Of a stretch of DNA of 64,000 nucleotides, positions 48,569 through 62,243 are shown one piece after another; position 1 is the first letter of the stretch, and every line of letters begins with the position of its first letter. The stretch spans positions 13,268,001-13,332,000 of the forward strand of contig CP075496.1 of the NCBI GenBank assembly GCA_021613535.1, written 5' to 3'. This stretch comes from Adineta vaga (lineage: Eukaryota; Animalia; Rotifera). Under the pieces are notes generated by a model that made no database searches, was not told the origin of the DNA, and saw only the letters and a program-made list of their open reading frames with translations. A program made the position numbers and the translations under genes.

Positions 48569-49650
48569 ATAAAAGAACATGTTTATTACTTAGAATCAAA
48601 TAATGAATCAATGAACACTTTTGAGATTCTTATAGAGAGTTGTATGAATAGATACAATTGTATAGTAGATAGATAGATAGATAGAATTATTCACTGTTAC
48701 GATCTAACGATATATCATCTCAATAAAAGAAATCTATATAATCATTCAGCAAAAGAATTATCTTTGTTGATCTTATCTAGTCAAGATTGATGACTTGATT
48801 GTTTTTTTCTTTCAAAAAAATAAAATATCATGATCTATCAATGAGACATATAATTTTACAAACGTCGAAGACTTTCAAACAAGCAATGTTTACTGCATAT
48901 TACTCGAATAAAAACTATATATTTCCAATAAGTCGATAATATTTCAAAAGAAACCGACCGATAAATCCATTGATAATTAAATTATATAGAAATGAAAGAA
49001 TATTCGCACTAAGATCATTTATCATTTTCATCAATGTTTGAAAGATATTCTAATATCTCGTTCTTTTACTCATCGAAATCGGTATTACTATCCGATCGAT
49101 CGAGTACATCTGTTGAAAGTATACTAATATCTATATTACAGTACATTGTTTCTTCTTGTGGTTTCTAAAACTAATATGTACAAAAAAAACCAAAATAATC
49201 TCAGTCGTATTCTGTTGATTGACAAGTTTTCTTTTACTGTATATATATACATATATATGTATATGGATGCAAAACTAACCTATGTGTCACGAATACAAGT
49301 TGACAGTTTCTTTTCCTTATCACTGGTGTCAATTTTGGACATTGTACATCATTAACATTGACGATAAAGATGAAATAATATACAGTAGAAAGCTGAAAAC
49401 GAAGGACAAACTATATACCATTACTAATTTTGACTTATTCTCTCTCTCTCTCTAGCTCTCTGTTGTTAATCATCTGAGTTGAGACAGGTCCTATATATTA
49501 CTGGTACTCCTACATCTCGTCTATAGAATATACTTGTCTAAGTCATGTACTGTTTTACTCATGATAGAATAAGTTGAGATCTATTTTGTGATGTTATTAC
49601 CATTTGCTACACTGTTTATAAGCTTGCAAAAATGAATTTATTTGTTTAGA

Positions 49651-50149
49651 ATGCCGTTCGGAAATCAAGAAATCAATCGTTGTCCACGATGCAATCAAGC
49701 TGTTTTCCATGCTGAAGCAATTCCAGCTGCTGGAAAACAATGGCATAAAACTTGTTACAGATGTGGTATGTTGAAGTAACTTTATTTTCTTTAATAATTT
49801 TAATCTTTTCTTTGTTTGAATGTATAGGTCTCTGTAAGAAAATGTTAGAAGTTATGATCATGGCTGAACATGAAGGTAATGTGTTTTGCAAACAATGTTA
49901 TGCACGTAAATTTGGTATTCGTGGTGTTGGTTTCGGTGTGGGTGCTGGCGCACTCGGTATGGATACTGGTGATCGATTTGGTAATACTGAATCACTTCCG
50001 TACGTGATTACCTGTAATTTAGTATGATTTATCCATCTGATTTTCTTTTTAGAAATAAACCCAATTATTCTGTCCCACCTGGTGCTGCAGCTGCTGGTAA
50101 TACTAGAAATGCTTCACGTGCAGAACCTGAACCAGAAGCAGAAGAATAA
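49651..50149 (+). CDS. Single-LIM cysteine/glycine-rich protein (CRP / muscle LIM protein family)
   Basis: MPFG..CPRCNQAVFHAE..WHKTCYRCGLCKKML..FCKQCYARKFGIRGVGFGVGAGALGMDTG. Confidence 0.92.
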
Positions 50150-50935
50150 GTTATTTCATGTCTACGCATCTCAAATCTTTATCAATTTTAACATATGATA
50201 CAAAATTCAGCGTTCTAGATCTTTGATTTTCAATATATATCCTAGATAGTTAGAAAGTTTTTTCCTAGTATTTTCATTGGTTTGTTTCTTTTTCAATTTA
50301 ATAAAGATTTCAACTATGCAATATATTCATTTTGAAATCCAATGATAAAATAGAGTATATATACAATTTTATGTCAAGAAGTTTCTCATAAACGACAATA
50401 AAGCACCAAGAAATCTATTTCAAATGTTGTCCTATCGTTTCCTTAAATTTTTCTAAATTCCAATAGAAAAATCGAAAAGCAATCTAAAGTAGAGATGATA
50501 CAATAAATCCAGACATATACTTCAAACTCCTATTATCATATGAAACTGTATTGCTACTTCTCCTAACACTACATCACATATTTCTTGACTATCGATTGAA
50601 TATTTAAACCGATTAAATTGACTTCTGTCATTTGCTTTCAAATATCTTCTAGATTTCATATTGTATCTTTGATGTTTATGGCAACATGAATATATTTGTT
50701 TAAAGAATCTAATCAGTTGTCATTATCATCATTGGTGACAATCTTGTATATCGTTTATAACATATAAACGTCAGTTATACTAGGAATAACAAGATACAAA
50801 TAGCAACAGGAAAAACAAAGTTCAATAACAAAAAACTGATGTTCACTGAATCAAACGATTGATTAACAAATAAAGTCAAACATTTGACTTTTGGACAACA
50901 AAACAGAAAACAGATAAAGAATGTTTATGTGAAAT

Positions 50936-52631
50936 TTAATTACTTGTTGTTCCTCGAGTTTTTTTCGATGTTGTCGATTGACCTTCATCATTCGATTGAC
51001 CATCATCATCATCTAGAATCATAAATGTCAGATATTTTTCAGTTTAAAAACATCAAACTAACCTTGATTACGTTTTCGTTTCTGTCCACCTCGACGATTG
51101 TTTCGTTTGCCGAAACCTCCGCGTTTGTTTCCACCAAATCGATCTCCTTTCTTTGTTCGTTCTGCAGCACGTTTTTCATTTGCTTCTTTCCAAAACTGAG
51201 TTTCTTCGTCACCTTCAACTACTCGACTGATGACTTCTTTATCTGCAATAACTAATTTGCCTTCACCAGCTGCTAAGACTTTTTCTAAAACATCTTTAGC
51301 TGTATTTGCTTCATTTAATCGTACCCAAGCCTAAAATTCATACATTTCTGTTTTATTTCAATCAGAATAGGCAAGATATGTTTTCTTACCTCAGCATCAC
51401 CTTTATTGAAATCAATCCAAGGTGTTTTTGTAAATGGATTAAACTTTTCTTTAATAAATTCTCGTGTTGCAGTCGCAGCCATACCTTGAAAAAACGAAAC
51501 TTTTCAATAGAAAAGAAATGATTGAAAAATTGATTTTTACCAGCAAGATGAATTAAAGCACCAGGTAAATTTTCGTTATTTAATTTTTCTAAATGTTCAC
51601 TTGTTTTCTTGTCTAAATCTTCTTTTCGTTTCTCTTTTCGTGCTTGTTTATCATCATCTGATGGTTTCTTTCCAGTTGCTGCTTCCAATGCTTTCTTCTT
51701 GTAATGATCATCTTGTAAAGAACCTTCTAATTCTGATCCATCTTCATATTTAATTGGTGTTTCTTTAGATTTTTCAATAAATTCTCGAGCTTTTTCTTCA
51801 GTAGAAAAAACAACGAATGCGGCACCACCGAAATCTTTTGATTTAAATTGTTTTTTCATTTGAACACTTTCAATCGAACCAAATCTATAGGTCAATTTCA
51901 ATCACATACAGTTTTCAAAAATAAATCAATCTTACTGTTCGAAAAACGACAAAAGTTTTTCCATAGTAACATCGGCAGTTTTGGGAAAACCTTTGACATA
52001 AACTGTACGATTACGTAATGCTAATTCAAGTTCAGCTTGACTATTTGGTAATGTTCGACCGGGATGACGACGAACTTTATGTTCTGCTTCATCGATTTGT
52101 AAAAGACCAGAAACAGAATTTTTCAATGCATTTGTTATGGTTTTAAAATCAGTTGTTAAGGATTGAAGACGTTTAAATGTTGTTAAAACAGATAAAGGAA
52201 TCCAACCATCATCTTTTGTTACTTCAGTTTTGAGGAATTTATCTTTAACCATATTGACATCACCAAGATAATATTCAATTTGACGAATAATCTTTTTATC
52301 AAGATCAGAATCTGATGATGAAGTTGTTTGAGTTAAAGTTGTCGTAATCTTTTCACCATTTTTTCTAGAAGAAAATATTCAATTTCTTAATCGAAATTCT
52401 TCTATTTTCAATCCTTACTGATCAGTTTTATCTACTGATGTAGTTGTTGTGATAGAATGATCTGGATTAACCTATAAACCAATTAAAATAAACATATTAT
52501 TTTGTAAATTCGTTTTGTTTCTATACCATTTTACTCTTTGTAGTTGTTGTTACTACATTTCCGTTAATAGCGGTTTCTTCTGTTGATGAAATGGTCTTTG
52601 CATTATTCGTTGAAACAGTAGTATCTGTCAT
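50936..52631 (-). CDS. SSB: La protein (La motif, RRM1 and RRM2)
   Basis: IIRQIEYYLGDVNMVKDKFL..GWIPLSVLTTFKRL (La motif), RTVYVKGFP, FGGAAFVVF, second RRM ALIHLAG..WIDFNKGDAEAWVR, basic/acidic tail. Confidence 0.93.
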
Positions 52632-53192
52632 TATTTCGAATTTGTTGCTAATGTGGTTAATCTAGAACACAGACAAAAATATTTAATGGACCTTTCTTCT
52701 TCTTTTTTTGACAGACAAAAAGAAACCTCTTGTTTATGTATACACGGAAAAAAGAATATTAACGACGACTTTTTAAAACGAATTATACAGAAAAGAATGT
52801 ATAAAAATGCATGTTTATCCTCACATTAGAGAAGGTTTCATTTCACTCTCTCTCTCTCTCTCTCTTTTTGCGAAAAACATATAGAAATCTTAAAAGTCAA
52901 TAAAATAGATAGATGAGAATTCTACATTCTAAAAAGAAAACAGAAACGAATGTATTGAAGAGAAAGAGAAAGAATACGATGGATGGATAAATGATTAAAT
53001 ATTGAATTCTAAAGTGCATTTAATTAAGAAGGTCAATTCGATATTCTTCAGAGAAAAAAACAAAAAAAATAAAATAAATAAACGTAGACAAACATTAATT
53101 ACGAAGAGAAGTAAAATACAAAGAAAGCAAGAACAAAACAAGAAATGGACGTTTCAGTTTTGATTCAAAAAAATACAAGTTACTGTTTACTA

Positions 53193-56100
53193 CTAATCTC
53201 GATCAAGCCACTCATGTTCGGGTTCACTGTTTAACAGTGATTCACGTGATTGTGGTCGATCATCAGATACATGACCACCTTCATCAGAAAAAATACCTAA
53301 TTACAGAAGTCAAAATAAGCAATTATTTATCATTGAAAAAAAACGATTTGATATTTACCTTCATTTTTTGATAATGACAAATTTAGATTATTTTCATTGT
53401 AAATTTCACTTTCAGATGAAAATAATCCATTCGATTCTCGATTTTTATGTTTTGCTCGATGTTTTTCATCATCAAGAACGTAATGATCACTTTGAATTTC
53501 TTCAACTTCACCTTCTTCTGATGAACTGTATCGTTTATTCTACGGACGAAGAAAACGAAATCAAAGAAAAGTTTACGTATGTCTGTGAACTTACTCGATT
53601 GAATGAATTTCGAGCTTGGTAAGATGGACTTCGATCTATTGTTGTTGTCGTTGTAGCTAATTGAAAACTTACACTGCGTGGATATTTGCGTAGGTCATTG
53701 GGTTTTTCATTATCAAATTTTTCATCTGTAACATTTTTTTCATGTTCTGCATCATCTACTTGTGGTGTATGTTGATCGAATGAAATTGATTTAACAGATC
53801 GTGTGGATGAAGGTGAGGAAGTTTTCGTATTATTTTGAGTTAATATACGTCGTCGACGTTGTCGAGTTAAATTATGATGTTGATTTTCATGAAAGTCTTC
53901 TGGATCACTACTGGATGATTTACGAGGAGCATATGTAAATATAGTTGCTATTGGTCGTTGTTGATTGGTTGGTGATAATTGTGTTGTTATTGAATTTTGA
54001 AGGTCAAGTTTAAGATCTTTCGGATTTAATTGACGATGATTAGTGTTTGATTTTGAATCAATATCAGCGGAAATTGATGGTATAGGTGCTTTGATTTCGA
54101 TCGATGAATTGAATGTTTGATTTATTGTCGTAATGAGAGACGCGCGTTTGTTTTCTTGATCGGCAATAGCAGATAGACTTGGTGGTGTCCATGATGTTGA
54201 CTTCCTTTACTATTATTGCGGCGATGTCCTGGACCTTTTTTACGTCGTTGTACTGTTTTAATACTTGATGAATCATGATTATTACCACCCGTTGGTACGC
54301 TTGATGGCGACAATGACGTTTGAATATGATGTGAAATTATCGATGGTTGATTATTTGAGACTGTATGAGGCAATACAAAGAAAGAAATATGTAATGTAAG
54401 GAAAGAAAAACATCATGTCTTGCATGAGATGGTAATTTCATCACTATTGTGTAATACGTCACTGTCTATACGAGTTTGATTTTTTCTGAGGTAAAAACGA
54501 AATTTTAATCAAGATAAAAGAAAAACAAACTTCTACTGTGAATATTATCGAAAGTATTTTATTCAATGAAATTCATATCTACTTACGTCCGTTATTTGGT
54601 TTTGTAGAACGTCCTTTTTTACTTGATGTTTGTGATAATATTGTAATTGGATCATTTAAATTAATAGTAGCAGCTTTAATTGATTGTAAAGATTTCTTTC
54701 GTGCTTCTAATAGAGAATTTAATGGACGCTTTTTTCCATTCGTACTTCCTATGGATGAATGTGGTTGAATATTCAATGTTCGTTCTTTTTTCTTGATTTC
54801 TTGTTCACGTTTTTGTAATTGCATCATGAGAGATGATAATTCAATATAAAGTGTATTAACTTGTTGAATTTTCGTTTGATAATGTGCACGTATATCAGCA
54901 ATATGTTGTAATTCTTCTTTACGTTTTATCATTAATTCATCGTTACTCATTTGAAGAGTTGCTGATATATCAATTGTGGGTAAACGTGCTAATTGTTCAT
55001 TAATTTCCATTGACCAAACACGAGTTAATTCAGCATATTCTTGTTCTTGTTCGAAAAGAACAATTTCCGGTTCACTGATATTTAAATGTTTAATAATTTG
55101 TTGAAATGATGGTCGATTTATAGATTTTTGATTCCAACACATTGTCATAAGTAATTTAAAACCTTCTGGAACAGATGATGGAATTGGTAATGTTAAACTA
55201 CCTTTACCAACACCTAAAAGATTGAAAGGATTGTGTTTAAGAAGGAAAAAAAGAAAACTATTTACCCCACATAACAGCATTTGGATCTATATTATGATAT
55301 GGAATTTCACATGTCAAGATTTCCCACAGAACAATACCGAATGACCTAAAATAAATGAAGTTACCTTTGAATTGTTCAGAATATAAGAATGAATTTCGTA
55401 CCAGACATCGACTTTTTCTGAACAAGGTTCTTGTCGAATGACTTCTGGTGCCATCCAAGCTGATGTACCATTGAATGACATGATCTGTCCTTGTTTATTT
55501 CCCAGTTGTTTACTTGTACCAAAATCGGAAATTTTCAGAATGGAATTATCCGAAATGAGAATATTCGGTGATTTTAAGTCACGATGAACAAATTTATTCG
55601 AATGTAAATAATTGACTCCATTCGAAATTTGTTTTGACCAATCAAGTACTTGAGTTGGTTTTGTACATGAATCTTTTTCACGTCGTCGTCTTAATACATC
55701 ATATAAAGAACCATATGGACAATAGTCCATAACAATATAAAACAAAGGTGCTGATATTGATACACCTAAATATATCAATGATTAAAATGAAATATAATCA
55801 AAGAAAGACAAACCTCGAAATTTAATAACATTGATATGATTTAATTTTTTCAAATGTTTTATATTGGTTTCTGCTTCACTTTTAACTCGTTTACAAGCAA
55901 CATTTTGTCCATTAAGTTTTCCTCGGTATACACTTCCTTCGACACCTGTTCCAATCAATACTAAATCATTCATAATACTATCAATAGGTATTGACCAATC
56001 ATCCGTTGTTTTTGTTATGGAATTTGATGGATCTCGAGTATATTTGATATTTTCACCAATTTTATTTACTGCAGAGAAAAATGGTTTGAAACAACCCAGA

Positions 56101-56566
56101 AATGAATCGATTAAACCAGTTTCATCATCATTAACGGGATTTTCATTTGTTTTTACACCTTGATATTGAACTTCGATTTGAGACAAATCATCTGTTGTTG
56201 TTGCTGCTGTAATTGATGATCGTCGAAATCCGACCGGTGGATCACGTTCACCGGTGGGTGTTGATGGTGCTGAACACGTAGTAAATCGACCAACGTTATC
56301 TTTCGTTAATGTCGGTGGTTGTTCATCATCATCATCGGCGGACAAATCGATACTTTCCATTGAATCCATAGCTAAAGATCTATAAATAATAATAATGATG
56401 ATAGATTTTATATTTTCAAAAAAAAAATTTACCCAAGATCCATATGTGCTTCATTGAATTGATTATGATCAAGTTCATCAGATGATGAAAGAACATTAAG
56501 AACAGTTGTATTAGGTAATGAATTTAAAATAATTGTTTCTTCAGTCAGATCAGGTGCTGGTGACAT
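53193..56566 (-). CDS. Dual leucine zipper MAP3K (DLK/LZK/Wallenda; MAP3K12/13 family)
   Basis: [81 protein letters not shown], zipper [31 protein letters not shown]. Confidence 0.93.
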
Positions 56567-57139
56567 TTCTGCTGAATACGTGTGTTTTTATTTAATATTC
56601 GCTACCGAACGGTAGCTTCGTGAACTGAAACAATCTTTAGTGAAATATTTTTTACACAATTTGTTGTTTTGTCATAGTTTTCTTTTCTGTTTCTTTCCTG
56701 TTGACGCACGATACGATGATGTTATGACAGCAAACAAATGTATATATCCAGAAATAACCCGATTGTTTGTTGTTTCTTTTCTTTTGACCAATAAAAATTC
56801 AGTGAACAACCTCTATTTTTTTCTTCGTATAAAAAATTAACATTGACGAAAAACCAAGGAAGAATAATTTTAAAGTGACGAATAAATTTTTTTTCGTATA
56901 AAAAACTCTTCCGATGAAAATCTCATTTTGGAAACCTCCTTGAAATTCTGTCTTGATCATAATAGAAAATTTCTCTCATGAGTCATATGGACTTTCTTAG
57001 TTCTTACGTATGTTTACAAGGAGACATTAGTTTTCTTCTTATCGAAGAAGTGACTTTACTTCGAAATCTTCTTGTTTGCTTCTAGATATTATCGCTCGTA
57101 ATTCGTTTTTATTTTTATTCTATCAATTAAATAACAATC

Positions 57140-57830
57140 ATGAAACTCTTTCTCGATATATTTACTGGTGACGAATTATTCAGCGATTCATATCCAATGA
57201 AACTTGTTGATGATGTTTACTACGAAGTTGAAGGCAAAGTAAGATTATTCTGGCAAAAATATCGAATCTTTAGTTATAAGAATAATTCTTTAGAATATCA
57301 CTGAAAAAAATGATATCGATGATTCATTAATTGGTGGTAATAAAGCCCCAGAAGGTAGTGAAGCAGCCACTGAAGAAGAAGGTGTTAATTCATCGTCTGT
57401 AACTGGTATTAACGTTGTTTTAACACACAACTTAAATGAAACACCATTCGATAAAGCAAGTTTCAAAGATTGGTTAAAAACATACTCAAAAAAGTAAATC
57501 AATTCATTTCTTTAAAATTCTTTCGTAATGTAATTGTGTAATCACATAGACTTAAAGATTATCTCCAAGAAAATGCACCAAACCGTGTCCAACCTTTTCA
57601 AACAGGTATGACCAAATTGGCCAAAGACATCCTCACAAAATTCGATGAATATCGTTTTTATCTCGGTGAAAATATGAATATTGATGGTATGGTTGTTCTT
57701 CAATACTATCGTGAAGACGGTCTTACACCTGTATTTATCTACTTCAAAGATGGACTCCGTGAAGAAAAATATGTAAGTGTATTGACGTGTTTTGTTTCGT
57801 TTACGCATTGCATTGATTTTGTTTTAGTGA
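57140..57830 (+). CDS. TCTP: Translationally controlled tumour protein (TCTP)
   Basis: MKLFLDIFTGDELFSDSYP..YEVEGK, LIGGN, GINVVLTHNL, FYLGENMNIDGMV..YREDG..FKDGLREEKY. The stop TGA is the first triplet after intron 57773-57827. Confidence 0.96.
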
Positions 57831-58028
57831 ACAAAAAACAACAGAATTTTAACATCAATTTCTTGTTATTCTCTTCCTTTTTTTCTCTGTTCGATCGACT
57901 TTTATCAACATTTGAATGGTTAACATCTGTTTTTCTTTTCTTTTTTTGTCATTGTTGAACAGTATAAAGAGAAAAAAAAGAAAAATACAATCAAGATTTC
58001 ACAAGAAAAGAATGAATAACGAATTTAT

Positions 58029-59645
58029 TCATGTTAATCGAATCAAATCCAGATTGATTGTTAAAGATTCATTAGGTTTTAATTGAGAAAAGACAGTCTA
58101 AAATAAAAATGAAAAGCAAGAAAATAAGATTTCAAAGAATTTTTGTCAAAATTACATACAGTAACTTTGCTCTGGTTTGTAGACATATAACCGATACACA
58201 TCGTTTGAGTATTATGTGCACAAAGAAATTCAAGTAGACGTTGATTATGTTCAGTCGTAACTGATTTCAAAAGGATAAACCCAAAATATTTTTCAGCATT
58301 CGTTGGAGTCATTCGTCGATCTAAGATATGAATAATATTGATTAAATAAGAAGAGTGAAAAGAAATCTTACTTAGATAGACATTATTAATATGTGTTCGA
58401 ATAATATCAGGTGTGAGATCATCGAGTGCACAAACATCACTGATTGATTTTGAAAAGAGACTTTTCATTAGAAATTCTCCCGTACCTAAGTAAAATGTAG
58501 AAAATATGTAAATTTACAATGAAAAGAAATACCCGATGAAGCAACTGCTATGGAACATGAATCTTTTCGTTCAGCCCAACAACCGCAACCAAATCTAAAG
58601 AAATGAAAATAGTTCTTGTTTTTGAAGAAAATTCATTTATCTTTTACATAGCTGAATGACCAACACGACCTGAATGTTTTAATAGAATTCCACCACTAGA
58701 TGCAGCTGCTGCAACATTTCCATTTCGATCAATAACAATAGCACCCACTGTATCTAATCTTTCATTATTATCCTAAAAGAGACTACAGAACAAGAAAAGA
58801 AAATCTTCATTTAATACCGATTTTATTCTTTTTGTTGATTCTGAAGTACTTTCATCAAGTTTTCTTTTGTATTTTTCAAACATATAAGTACTATTTTCTA
58901 AAAGAGATTGAACAATCCAATCAACTCAAAGATTCTTTCGTAAAATTAAAGATATGAAACCTGTTTTCATTTGTTGATTGTCTATCAGAGAAAATCCGTT
59001 TTGTTGTGCCCATTGTTTGGCACCGTCGCCAACAAGAAAACTAGAATAGATTAAATCTGCATGAAAATATTTCGAAGAATGTTGACAAAGTATATTACCA
59101 TGGTGGTATTCGGCCACCATCCATCAAGCCTTGTTTTTGTATGTGTAATAATGCCCATGCTAATGTAATCGGATTTTGTATACCTTTAAATCAAGAACTA
59201 TTTCATTCAATAGAAATTTTCATTATCATCTACCTGAAACAGCTCCTATTGCTCCATAACTTTCTTCGTCCATAATCGCTGCATCACATTCAATATTTCC
59301 ATCTAAAGTTAAATTCGATCCAATACCAGCATTTGTCAATGGACAATCCTACTTTATAGAAACATAGTCTATCATACAAAAAATACAAAAGCAAAGATTC
59401 ACTTCAAGAACAGCGACGGTGATGCACGCTGCTTCAGATGCATCTTTTCCGTTATTTAATGCTTTAATTCCTTGCGAACACGCTCGCTTTATTGTTTCGA
59501 GATATTGAGGTAATCGTGCTTGAGATTGTAGACCAGCACCTATTTGAATATGTAGATATATTTCTATATATTCGAATCAATTTTTAGTTAACCCACCTAT
59601 ATGAACTGCAACGAAACCTGCGCGATGACTTTCTTGTTTAGCCAT
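58029..59645 (-). CDS. TASP1: Threonine aspartase 1 (taspase-1)
   Basis: [52 protein letters not shown], autocleavage site [42 protein letters not shown]. Confidence 0.93.
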
Positions 59646-59775
59646 CGAAATGAAAATCTTCAAGAAAATGTTTTCTCTTCTGTTATTAATTATGAAATAA
59701 AAAAAATTCTTGATAAAAATATGTTAGTTAACAATAGAAGGATAAGAAACATATAAGAAAACGAAAAATTTATGA

Positions 59776-61794
59776 TTAATTTGTTTTTTTCGGTTGTTCA
59801 AAACGATTTTCGAGATTCTTTAAAAAAGTCGAATAAGGACAATAATAATCGTTACAATTCGGCAAGATTTGTAACTAAATAAATAAAACGAGAATAGGAA
59901 CAAAATTTTCAAATAAATTCTTCATTTACTTCTCCAGCAAAATTCATTGTCACATAAGTTTCGTCTGGATTTGTTTTCGATACAAAATATTCCAAAAAGA
60001 TATAAGCGGCATACTTTGGCCAACGCATTTGAAAAATCTTAAAGAAATTCAATTCGTAATTAAATGTAATCAAACAATAAAATTTACTTCAAATGCCATG
60101 GCTAATGGAATGATTGTACTATCATGAGCGGAATAAATAAAAAATTTATGATAAGGTCTACAAAAAATAAATCACAAACTGTTTTTTCAACGATTAAGTA
60201 ATACAAATTTATGTACTTTTTGATATTTGAAGTTTTTGCTTCGAGATAATTTTTCAATATGGAATTAAAATTTTCTCGAATCAAATAAAGAAGTGCACCA
60301 CAACCGATTCGTATAAATGCATCAAAACCAATGTCTGTTCTAAAAAGAAACAGTATCATCAGCATAGATAGTTTCGATTTTCAATAAGAAAAAAAAACAT
60401 TTACGCTCTATAAACAAATTCACGAGCTGTCATAACTTCAAAATCTTTAACTAAATCGAGAATATCTTCCGGTATAGAGAAATTATGAGCCTAGTAGAAT
60501 AAATATCAAATTATTTCTATCTTCAATAACTTTTCGAACTCACTTGTCTTGAAACAATATCATCATATAGTTCAACAATACCATGTGAATGTTCATTTGC
60601 ACCTGAAAATGTTTATAAAATGAATAGAATATGAAAATATAGAACTTACCAATACGATTTAATAATGCTTGCCGAGCTTTTTTCAGTTCATGATCATCAT
60701 TTAATGATGTGTAGAGAGATGCAACACTTGGACATTTTTTAAGAATAGGATAAATATTGGCATTAGGAAACTGAATAGAAAATGTCGAATGAGAAAGTTT
60801 TGTATAGGAAATAGAGAAATGATTACCATATCTTCATCAGGAAAATGTTGAACTTCAATTTCAAATGGACCTTTTTAAAATAAGAGTATAGTCTTAGATC
60901 AACTCTATTTAGAATTTACCAATAGCTTGAATTTTATGATCCGCATCGTCTGTAGAGAAAAGACCAGCAAGGAATGATCGAGCACTACGAACTGTTCGAT
61001 CCATATATGTAGACCGACAACTATAATATTCAAAATTTCAGATTATCGAAAAACGTTAACATAAATTCTTTGGAAAATCTCATACTAGACATAATTAGGA
61101 TCATAAGTTGCAGATAGAAGTCCATTATTTGTCGTATCAATTAATTTCGATCTTATAGTTTTTCCAAGTTGAAATAATTGTTTTTCTCCAACGGCTGTTA
61201 ATTGACCTGTTCTTACCGTTAAGCCAGATATTGACTAAATACAAGTACGAAATACTTCTCATTTACACATTTCATTGTGTATTTACTTTTAAACTTTGCC
61301 GATGTTTACCATCATCATTTCCTGATGTGATATTTTCTATTGATACTATGTCATTATTTCGTCTTCCAATTAATTTAATATCCCATTTCGATGGAAGATA
61401 AGTATCAATATGTTCATTATTATAAATAACCTAGAAGAAGAATATCTAATCGAATAGATAAATAAAATATCTCTTTCTATACCTCTTCAAGACTTGGTAA
61501 TAGAAACAGTGGAGTTCGTGCTCCATGTCGAAAAATGATTTGCGCACCAATCAATTGTAAATCATTTCGTTCTTTTCTATGATCCATAGTCATTTTTTTC
61601 TTAAAAGATTGTTGACCAACTGCTGCCCAAGCAATTAAAGACTGTTCATAGGTTAGTAATGCACTTTTCTCTTCGATATTATCTGATGAAGATAGAATAA
61701 GATCAACTAAATAATCAGAAGATTTTTTTAATAATATTCCGAAGATTCCTATTAGAAGTAACCATTTCAATATCAATCGATGATATCGACGCAT
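59776..61794 (-). CDS. ACP6: Histidine acid phosphatase, lysophosphatidic acid phosphatase type 6-like
   Basis: QIIFRHGARTPL, GQLTAVG, RSTYMDRTVRSARSFLAGLF, YSAHDSTIIPL, WPKYAA; N-terminal hydrophobic segment. Confidence 0.85.
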
Positions 61795-62243
61795 AAGATA
61801 AGAAAATATCTGATTTTTTTCTTTCTAAGATCTTTTAGGTTTTTCGTTTCCTCTAATGATCTAGAAGCAAAGAATTATTCCATATATGTTGTTTGTCTAA
61901 AAAAATTTATTTCAATCAATGCTTGTTGTTATTTGTCTGTTTTATGGAAGAACGCGAAATGGTCACAAACAGTTTGTTTAGTTTTTCACGCACACATACA
62001 CTGATATATATATATACATACACACACAAATACAGATAGAAGTTTTCTTTTCTTTTCAATAACATAGGTGTCGACTCGGATAGAAAAGAGAAAGAGAAAG
62101 AAAGCAAGCCAGTACAATGAATGATAAAAAATAATAAAATAATTTAATTAGATGGGAGTGTAATCAGCACTGTAGAATAGAAGACAAAGAAAGAAGGAAA
62201 AAAAAAGGAAGATAGCAATAAGAAAGTTGATATGGTATTAAAT

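Noticed and set aside
53193-53300. Possible DLK-1/LZK SDGLSD activation hexapeptide equivalent ([10 protein letters not shown])
   Set aside because: Similarity too weak to claim without an alignment.
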